A stretch of DNA of 64,000 nt from Gordius albopunctatus (lineage: Eukaryota): the NCBI GenBank assembly GCA_964276515.1, contig OZ193909.1, forward strand, positions 15,376,001 through 15,440,000, given 5' to 3'. The position numbers were made by a program, and so were the translations under genes. The notes below the pieces were generated by a model. That model searched no databases, was not told the origin of the DNA, and saw only the letters and a list, made by a program, of their open reading frames with translations. Positions 48,664-64,000 of the stretch are shown here, piece by piece (positions within the stretch are counted from its first letter, which is position 1; each line of letters opens with the position of its first letter).

Positions 48664-51600
48664 CTAAAGACAAAATAAAATCATATCTAACTTTGGAAAC
48701 ATACATTTCTATTAGACGCAAAATTGTGCAAATCAATTTTTATAGGCAATTTGACTTTGAAATATTAGACTTCTAACTTCAAAAGATTAAAAACTGTTTT
48801 AACACGATAGATAGATCAGATTTGTACAGACGATATACTGGGAACTCCTAGCAAAAAAGCAGGTTTTACCTGGATTATAAAAATAGATCAGGCCTAAAAA
48901 AGGTTATTCTTTTAAAGTTGGATGAGATAATTAGGAAAAAACTTGTGATACCGGATTAGTGATCAAATTTAAAACTTAAATTGCTTTTAATAAAAAACCA
49001 AACTAACCATTGACGTCAAGCCAATTTACGCCCATCCAACCTTAAAGGGCTTCAAACCCCGGTGTTTAAAGATATTGAACGATATTCTTATAATTTTTAT
49101 TTAACTTTAAAGCCAAAAACCTAACAACCTTTCTTAGTTCTCGCAGATTCATATTGGTCTCTAATGTTCATGTTTTTATTGAATTTTATAATAACAAATC
49201 TGAATACCTTGCCAAGAATAGAATACATTGTCGTTTTAAGTGCCCTTTTTTTATAAATGGACCGTTGTATATTAAATGTCTGTGTAACTTTGTTTTTTAC
49301 TATAATAATCCATTTTTCATATCACAAATGCAATCTAAAAACCTGTGAGCTCCCGTTAGAAAATAATATATTTTATATATATTTTTAAATTTTGGAGTTC
49401 AAACTTTTAAAACGTCAATGTAAACAGTTATTTCCTTTACCACAAAGTCGCTTTATTCAAAATTACTTGCAAATAAAAATGAACTTCATTGTTTTGAAAG
49501 CTGTTAAAAAATATTTATTTTTAGATTTATTCAAAACAATACGATATTGATAAGTTCAAAGTCAAATAGTAAATTTATTATAAAAGTACCCAATTTAGTT
49601 CTTAAAACATCGTATACTTTAAATAACACTTTGGGTCTTAAATTAAATTTGTTAAAAAAACGTCAATTCTTTTTATTCATAGTATCATATCTTTGTTTAA
49701 ATTATTTTTGCGTATGTGAATGACTTTGAAAATTTGTGGATTGACTTCAAAATTGCTAAACTACACGCGTCGTTTTGGCTTTATAGGTTTATTAAAAACA
49801 ATATATTTGCAATACACAAATGTCAATTGATAATTTTTTGGATTAAATAGTTTACAGCATGATAGTAGTTGTCACCGACCCAAAACCCTTAGCAAGATAT
49901 ATGTAATGTTTGGGCATATGCCAGGTCAAAAAGCACCCTTACAAGGCATTTTATTTTAATATTCCTTTTAACATTGCCTAATTTTATCATTAATATTTCG
50001 GACCTTTTCAGGCAAATTGTTCAAATATTTTGAGATGTGGCCCGGTTAGGCAAATTTAAAATAACAATTAGACAGGCTAAGTTTGAATAACCAGAGACGA
50101 CTCATTGATTTTCAAATGGTATATCTCAAAATCCACTATATCTTTAAGAGTTTTTGCAGTTCTGGTTTGTGGTGAATACTATAAAGATAAGGGTTATATT
50201 CGCTCTCTTAATGGTCAAAATAAATCAATTTAATAGTTACTTAGGTTACTATTGTCACACTTAAGAAAACTTATCAATTAGTTTGTGGATGAACTGGGTA
50301 AGGGTTTGGCAGGCGCTTGAAAAAACGCCTATTAACTAGCCTAAAAACTTAGAAATTACATGTAATGGTATCAGGAGAAAAATACATTCCAACTCATATT
50401 TTATCAATACTGGGGCAGGTCAAGGACTACTTAAATGACGCAATCAGTTATTATCACATATTAATTTTCTAATATAATTTATTTTTATTACCAAGGACAT
50501 GGAGAATTATATTTAAAAGTGTTCATTCTTGATTGTTTTTTTGATTTGCGGACGGGTAAAAGGAAAATGACGGAACCCAGTTCACACCTTAAATATAGAT
50601 TGCAGACCTTTATTAATTTTATACTTAGGACTATGATTTTGTAGACTAATTCAATCTTTAAACTTGGGCTGAATAGAGTTCAAAAGTTATTTTTAAACGT
50701 TTAGCACTTTGACCTAACATGAAATTGTTAACAATATAACCGATATATTAAATATTAACACGTTTTTTTGGAAACATGGGTGATAAAATTAGACCTTATC
50801 CTTTCTCTTTAGTTGAAGAAGCTTTGCCCACATTGCACATTACCTCTGCCTAAATTGTTGTTAAAATTTTAAACTTTATGTTTATTAAAATTACATAGAT
50901 TGATTTTAAATTTTACATCCCCTGTTTCACTTTAATATTAAAAAGAAGTGCTAGTATAACAAATATTTTGGCCAGAAAAATCGCCGAAACATCTTAATAA
51001 AATTAAAATTCCTTAATATAAACCCGCAATGTGAGGCATGATTTCGCATGAGGGTACGGCTTAATTTATTGGATTGGATAGAACAGTGCCATTCGAGGGT
51101 TATTTAATTGCGATACTAATGTTTTAATCAAAATAGTTTAACGCCTTTTCACATTTAAAAGAGATGTTAGATGTTAAAAGCGATAAAAGACATGCGGGGT
51201 CATTTACACCTGTTATACTCCCTTTTGTTATGTAACCGGTGAGACTAAATGGCAAAAAATGCGATTACTTTTATCAATTAAATGTTTTGGTGGTTTGTTA
51301 GTTAACAACGAGTTGGATTGTACTCTGAGTTCCATGATGAGTTCATGTCATAATATATTTTTTACAATAAATGTTTTTTAAAATTTTTCATATGATCAAA
51401 AAGTTTTAGAGCGACTCATATTACTCATGTGCCATGATTCATAAATATATAAAAACTAATTTAATGGGTGGCCAGGCTTATTCAGACCCTTCGTATTGTA
51501 TTATAATAAAATTGGATAGGTTTTTTTTATAAAATAGTAAATTTATTGTTCTGGGTCTTTATTTTTTTAAAATAATTAAACATTTTTTTGTGATTCATTT

Positions 51601-51942
51601 ATTAATACATTTATTTCTTTATTTACTATTAATATTATGAGATATTATTAGATGTTAAATAAGTTTAAATGTACTTGTAAAAATAGTTATCAATTAATAA
51701 ATGACAAGATAACGTTTTTGAATAAACATTATAATAACATATTTTAAAATAAAAATAATAATAAAATTCCGGAAACGGGTTAATTATGAACCTCCATTTT
51801 TTTATAGCGTCCAACTTTTCATGAAATCACACCAATTTTAGTTAATTTCTCAATTTTATAAGAAAAATTAATGTTTAATTTAATTATAAGCATCTAACTT
51901 AATTTGTATATATACTTATAATTTGACATAGGTCTGTGCATA

Positions 51943-52040
51943 GATCCCTGCACAGGCCGCCCGAAGCCCGAACGGGCAGAATTTTATAAAATAATCGGGG
52001 CTCGGGTCGGGCCTGATCCAAGGCCCGAGCCGGCCCGAAT
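51943..52040. mobile_element. Isolated hAT-type end fragment in hh intron 1
   Basis: tagatccctgcacaggcc followed by GCCCG/CGGGC motifs, as in the other hAT-type elements. Confidence 0.5.
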
Positions 52041-53087
52041 TGAAGTAAACCAAACTAATCTTTTATAAAATAATATTTAAACAAACTCAACTCAATATTG
52101 TTGAACAATTATCTTCACACCGCGTACATTATTATTTCAGTCACTCTTTGACATAAAAACAGATATAGACTTTAAATTTTTAACTATGTATCTGTTTTTT
52201 ACACTTTCTATTTTGTCAAGTCCTCACAACTCAACTTTATACGACAAAATATCCTTATTTCTCGGTATCAAAATTTCATTCTGTATAAATTTAAAAACCA
52301 ATAGGTGAATTTTGTCTTCATAAGTCAGGAAAATTAATAGATAGGTCGCACGCCAGCCTTCAGGTCGAGTTCCAAAAATAGAAGATAAGCGTAGATAAAT
52401 AAAAATCATATTATAAATTTGATTTTTAGTAAATTAATTTCTAAGCAAAATTAATTTTTTTAAAGTGGAATTTTTCCGGTAATCTGAATATTTATATTAG
52501 CTGGGCAATCAGGAGGGATAAAATAGTGAATTTTCGAACACACTTACCTTCTGAAAATCTCAAACTTTGATGTTAGAAGTTATTTTGCAAAAGAGCACAA
52601 ATTCTCAACTTTCATGACTTTATTCATAATAAATTCTAAGGGAATGATAATCAAGTTATAAGTATATTTCCCATGAACATTTTTAAACTTAAAAGGCCCA
52701 TTTTTAAAGGCGTTGGAAAATTGTTAAAACTAGTAACGATATCATTTCTTAATACTTTAAACGTAAAAACTAAAGCGGTTAGCTTTGTGATAATGTACCT
52801 TTGGCAAAAATGTTTATACACAATTTAACAAAACTATAGATGTACGGTTAGCTCAAATTCACATTTTTTAGGATACAAATATAAGTTTTTAGGTTGGCAT
52901 ATAATAACTTTCGCAAATATAAAATATACGATACGAATCACTAAATGGTGAACCATACGAAAACATATTAGTATTTTGCATCTTAAATTAAACAGGACTT
53001 TGAGGTAAATTTATCTTTTTGGAATATAGTTAAAACTAAATACATAACAAAGCGTTTTTTTAGAGAGAAAAGGTTAATAATGCTATT

Positions 53088-53257
53088 CATGGGCTTCGCC
53101 AGGATTGGAACTAGAGGGGGACAATTATGATTTAGGGAAGGGCAATATGATAATTTTTTGAAATTTTACCCATAGTTATATTAAATTTTAAATAATTTTT
53201 GATTTTAGAACGTGGCAGCCGCAGGTCCCTGCCTCCCCCTGACCTGGCTCCGTCATG
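53088..53257. mobile_element. Short hAT-type MITE in hh intron 1
   Basis: Ends catgggcttcgccagg / cctggctccgtcatg. TSD atgctatt / atgctgtt. Confidence 0.7.
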
Positions 53258-54366
53258 ATGCTGTTTGAATTAGATTCTAAGTAAAAGTAGTGTTACAAAA
53301 CCTTTTGGGGGACTTCAATAAATGCCAAGTTTGAGTCGGTCATATAAAATTATAAATTATTTTTTTTATTTGGGTAAACAAAAAATATACCAAACTTTGG
53401 AGTTTCATTTTAAAAATTGATCACAAATTCGAAAGAATCCATTTAAAAATTATTCATTATATAACGTATAAAAGAATGATTGACAGATTTAACTATATAA
53501 TAGGATCCACACTATTCAGTATAAGCTTTTCTAGGTGATTTATAATACAATAATTTCGCTATGAGGAGAGTATATAGGAAGCCAAAATAAGATTAAAAGA
53601 CAAATGCGTTCTCATTTTAATCGAAGCCAATAATTTTTTAATATCCTAATGCTAAAATAATTTCAAAATTTAAGAGGTGAATTACATTTACCCCCCCCCC
53701 CCCCAAAAAAAAAAAAAAAACTCGCTATCGGATAGATTTAAGTTTCAAATGGACTCTTGATTAGTCAAACGCGAGCCTAATCTGGCTATACCTAATGTTA
53801 AGAACTTACAAAAGGATAAGAAATTAGTACTAGCATTAGAGGAGATAATAAAAAATTTTTGAAAAAACGAGTAATTTATAAAACCCCGAAAATTCTACGT
53901 AAGTTTTGCGCTTATAAGAAAGCTGCGATTACTCCTCCTACACTATAATAAAAACTAAATAGAAGATTTAGGTAGCGTAGCATTTAGCATTGTTTCATTG
54001 CATAAACTATTTCTTATTTATTAAATTAATTATTTTTGGTCCCTAACTTATATAGCCTCCTATGAAATAGGATAATTCTAGAATTTTGATAGCATTTTCA
54101 TACCCTAAATGGCGAAAAAAAATTCAATGCAAAAACCCTTAAAAATAAAAGATTTTACGCTTCCTCCTCCCCCCCCTAATAGAATTTTGAACGTTTTGCC
54201 CCCCCCCCCCAATCCAAAACCTGGCTACGCCCGCGAGCATGTTATAAGTCACAAACAAAGTGCTAGTTTCCATGATTTTTGTCCACAAACATAAAACCTT
54301 AAACTCATCTTATCATCGATATCCACTTATAAAGAATGACTTTCGGCGGTAATAAAAGAAACATAC

Positions 54367-55161
54367 GTGCGTCATGAAGCGATCTTTGGTTTGCTTGAAG
54401 ATTACATTTGGATTATCGTTTCGCACCAAGGCAATACCCAATTTTCCCAATAGCCCTAGGGTGTCAGTTAAAAGCGGGGAGGGGGTCGTATGATATACTG
54501 GTTCAGGAGATGCTATTAGAGACCGCATGGCCGCGTAAGATGATGTCCCATAGTTTAATCGGTTTGCGTGATCGACTCGATTTGATAGTATATTTTGTAG
54601 CGATTTTTTGATCGATGGATTGGCGTAAACGGCGGGGCAAGTGAAAGGTCCACTGGCATAAGGATCGCTCTCTGGTACGTTGGGTTCGAATTGCTTAAGT
54701 ACGAAAGCCCTGACTGCTCCGGCATTACGTCGGGTTAAACTGTTTCTCATAGCGAAGGGTAATCCTGCCCAGGCTTGAGGCAAACTACAATTTATGACTA
54801 GTACTAATAAATAAAAGATAACGGGACGCGAGTTTAAGATTGCATGATTGTCGATTAGTACACGATTTTTTAGGGCAAAGGTCGTGATTGTCACGGACCC
54901 CACTAGGACGATGGAAGCGTTTGATGGATAAACTAAGGATGAGAGGAACACTATGAGCGATAAAATAACTTTCCAACGGCTATTTGTCGCGATGCACCTG
55001 AATAAATTTATCAACATATCCCTAAGAACTCCTCGATCCTTTTGGTCTTTGAAATGGGTTGGTGCTGGTCTCGTGTAGCACTTAACTAGGCTAGGACCGA
55101 ATCTGAGAGTTTTGTAAGGCGAGATCGGAGCTGGGATTAATTGTAGCAATGATCGATTCAT
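54367..55161 (-). CDS. hh: Divergent Hedgehog-family protein, exon 1 (N-terminal extension, signal-like segment, first part of Hedge domain)
   Basis: Motifs FVLKQFEPNVPE..ASG and NDNPNVIFK..DRFMTH match Hh YKQFIPNVAE..ASG and NYNPDIIFK..DRLMTQ. The GTATGT donor (54361-54366) falls at the conserved phase-0 hedgehog intron position. The start Met is uncertain. Confidence 0.9.
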
Positions 55162-57184
55162 TATTCTATAGCGCTTTATTTTAATACTATGTAAAGCATG
55201 AAATTATCATGGGTGATCGAATAAATCCAACTGTTTATAGGTTTATAAGAAGTCGTTACGCCCCCACCAGTGACGTTAAAATTTAGTCACGATTGAGCAA
55301 TGCTGCGAAAGCCCCATTCCATTTCTAAGATCCGCATGCTACTTTTAAGAATTGTGTCTTTAATTGTTGTTATGTGCATTAGTCATCGGGCAATATAATA
55401 TTATTAGAGGTAAGATCAATCACCTATTTTATTCGGAAGAGGGATTGGTCATAATTATCTAAGGCTATAAAGGCGAACGGATAATGAGATTTGTAGAATG
55501 GTGCAGAAAGAGTGTCACCAAATTTTGAATGTAGAAATTATTAAGAGCGGCCCTGAGTGTCTGAAGTTTGGAAACTTTCATTGGTCCGACGGAGTGGAAT
55601 TTCGGAATTTATCGACGTGCGATACAAGGCGTTAATTTTAAAATAATTTGGAGGGAATAAGGTGTAGTAAAAAATTATAAATTAATTAAAATCACTTGAA
55701 AGCAATTAAAGTCAATTGCTGGTGTTTAAGGGTACGATATTATAAATATAGCAGCTTTCCACAAATCGCTATCACTAAGCCGAACGAGCTTGTTATAATG
55801 TTTGCTCAAAGGATCAAACTAAACACTGACGCTCCCGTATAAAATTATTCGCTGATATTTTTATAATTTATATCAAGGAGGTAGCGGCTATTTATGTAAA
55901 CAACAACACTTACGCCACCCCCTTCCCCCTTAATTTTAAATCGGTGAATTTTAAAGAAAACAAAAAAAAATTACATACAGGGGCGCAACAAGGTTAACCA
56001 TTGATTTAATATAATTTTAACACCCTCTCTTATACCTGTAAAGAGCAAGAGCGCAAAAAAACTTTTAATACGCTTCTATACTTTGTATATTTGCACAGAG
56101 ACTAGAAGTGCAAATACAGTCCATTGTGGCCGTAATGTGATACCCACCAGCACAGTATTATTACAAGGGAATCATGGCATTTCCATAAAAATCGCGGTTA
56201 AATTCATTATTAGCATAAATTTTGTGCGTATAAAATAAATTTTAAAAATCAAAAAATAATTGCCACAATTTTAGACTTTTTACATTAAAAAATAGATAAT
56301 ACGTTGACCAGAGTTTTCCGTTAGAGAGATATAAAGGTAAACTCATTACACAATGAAAATGGCAAGTAGGTGCGAAATTTAGCCACGAGATTATTATTAT
56401 GTGAAGTCATTAGATTTACATGAGGGGTTATTTAGGGTTAAATTGGTCTACTTATATAAAATACCTTCAATCCGACCCGTTTGTTTTTTCGTTTTTAAGA
56501 TTCAGGCACATTTTAAATAGTAACTTTCTTAGATATGAAGACACTTTAGAGCTATTTATTTCCCCTCCAAAAGGATCTCACTTCATGAGCTGTATACCCA
56601 AAATTTTAATAAATCTCTAAATATCATATTTTTCCAACTCATAAATGGAAATCCAACCTATTTCCCACCGACAAACTTTTTTTAAAACACGAAATTGACC
56701 CTAAAACTATGATTATCATAATATCTATGCCGGAAATTGATTAGTGTTTAAGTTCATCCCACCTAACCCTCTCATCCAGTATCAAGTTTTAGGTCAAGAA
56801 CAGTCTTACTAATTTATTTAATTTTTTTTGATCAAATCAACTAATATTAAATGACATAGTAATGTCAATTTTTTCCAACCAAATGCTAATTTTTAACTAG
56901 TACCGGTTTGGCCCATTTTTGTGCTAGGCACTGCACCGTCTGAATTGATTGGAATTTTATGCGACGTATATAAAAGGTCTTAATACTCCTGCACATAGAT
57001 GTTTGATTACTCCCTTCGTTAAAAAACTACACACCTTTTAATATTTTAAAAATTGTAATATATTAAAAATATGTTTTAGATATTCTAAAATACAAATAGT
57101 TACAAGTGTGTTTTGTGTAGACGTTTCGATGTCTGTGATATTTGATATGTTTTTTGGATTGTGTTGATCCGAAAATCTGTGAAA

Positions 57185-57422
57185 CTATATGGCCATACTA
57201 AGAAGGGACACGAATGATGTAAAATTGAAAAATACTGGACACGGACGTCCGGGGGGAGAGAGGAAGAGGACGACCCCTTGTCACGTGGAAAGGGCAAGTC
57301 GATAAAATTATGAAAACAAGAGAGATTAGATAAGACATGGCACTCACCCGGTCAAGATGAAAGAAACTTATCAAAACAAATCCCACCACCGTGGGCTTAA
57401 ATAACTGATAAAAAAGAAGAAG
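57185..57422 (+). mobile_element. 3' fragment of an RTE LINE
   Basis: YGHT.RRDTND..DVRG.RGRGRPLVTWK and a GATAAAAAAGAAGAAG tail, as in the other RTE copies. Confidence 0.85.
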
Positions 57423-58363
57423 CTCATTTGTCCTGAATTAGTAGGGGTATACAATGGGCTCCACGCATTGTCTTTATAATAAATTCCAATCAAATGGGCA
57501 AAATTAATTTCCTAATCCACTCTTTTCTCAAAAGCTACCCTCCCACAAACCATTTGACACTGTGATGGGAGTAGTGTTGTAAAAACGACGGCTGGAGGGT
57601 TTTGTTGTTTAGTCGACGAAACATAAACCTATTTTTCCAAGTCTCACAAATAGACTAAATATTTTTTGGCCAAATCTTTGGGCTGTTTATGTAGACGCCC
57701 GAAACCAAAGGCGGTCAACCGAACAAAACGCCCCAGCCGTTTTTACCACACTAGTTGGAAGGAAGAATGCGACCCATCGGCTCATGGTCTACCTCTTAAA
57801 TGGATTTTAGGAATTAAACTTTTTCGCCTCCCCCCCTCCCTAATACAGCCTTCTCGCAAAGGTCTCAAGAAAGGAAACACTAAGTCTCGATCATCGCCTC
57901 ACGCTTAATTACTATCAGGCACCGAATAATTATTTTCACCAGAGAAATTGGCAGCCCAGCCCAGCCTGTCAATATTCCATATATAAGAAAACAATCGGCC
58001 AGGTTAGATTTTAAATCCCCTGCCGATAACAGACGCCTTCTTGTGAAATATTTGTCAAAATGTTAATTTTATTATCTGCTTTGGTGTTATAAATTACTTC
58101 ATTTTAATTATATTGCAAATTAATTTTTTATACATTTTCTAGCTTTTATCTTGGTTACTTAATGACAAGTGCCTCAAAATTTACCGGCTAAAACATATTT
58201 AATTTTAACAGGCAAACTTTACCTAATTTTAAAATCCATTGCAAAGCTATATTAGATAATTCGCAGTTACTTTTAGGTATAATAAAGTAGCTGTAATTTA
58301 TTACAAACTACAATAAAGTAATATTTACAAAAATTACCGATTATTACAACTAAATAATGATAT

Positions 58364-63675
<5,312 letters not shown>

Positions 63676-64000
63676 CTGTTCGAACGTGTATTGAAAATTA
63701 ATTTAAAACGCACCAAAAAGCATTCCCTCTTTCAAACTAACGAGGCAAAAATTAGCCCAAAACCGTTGTATTTTTCAATCAAAGACATAAATCTTGGATA
63801 TTTTAGCTATATTAATAAAATTTGCTCAGTCTAAAAATCATGCAAATCCATCGTTTAAGGTTAAGTAGTTTATATAAAAAAACAAAATGGAAGAGCTAAA
63901 AATGCATCTTATTAGAATACGATAACTTAAAAAGGACCATCAAGCATTTCTCATGTAAATCATGTCATTAGGGGCCCACCGCATATTATGTCTCAACAAC

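Noticed and set aside
55250..56150. Putative regulatory motifs upstream of hh (TGACGT, CCACC boxes)
   Set aside because: Short motifs expected by chance; no exact Gli consensus and no conservation data.

Overview
AT-rich, repeat-dense animal (invertebrate-type) genomic window with short GT-AG introns. The species cannot be determined from the sequence. Three host genes are supported. (1) A highly derived hedgehog-family gene on the minus strand (exons 54367-55161, 48399-48663, 48158-48282). Its Hint/Hog autoprocessing domain appears replaced by a ~30-aa hydrophobic membrane-anchor-like tail. It also lacks the palmitoylation Cys and most Ca2+ ligands and carries a ~58-aa insertion. (2) An unannotated multi-exon gene on the plus strand (19435-21084) encoding an N-glycosylation-rich, possibly FN3-like protein that the ORF track misses. 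(3) The last 10 exons of EFTUD2/Snu114 on the minus strand (58364-63675). The rest is a nested transposon landscape: RTE LINEs, two CRE-type RLE retrotransposons, two Gypsy LTR elements, a P-element remnant, hAT-type MITEs, Helitrons (including a head-to-tail pair), Helentron-type HINEs with a tRNA-like module, and a Penelope remnant with a hammerhead core. The younger Gypsy has intact pol, no visible capsid, and an in-frame TGA-CTA stop between its CCHC knuckles and pol. All alignments and translations were done by eye; no database searches were run.
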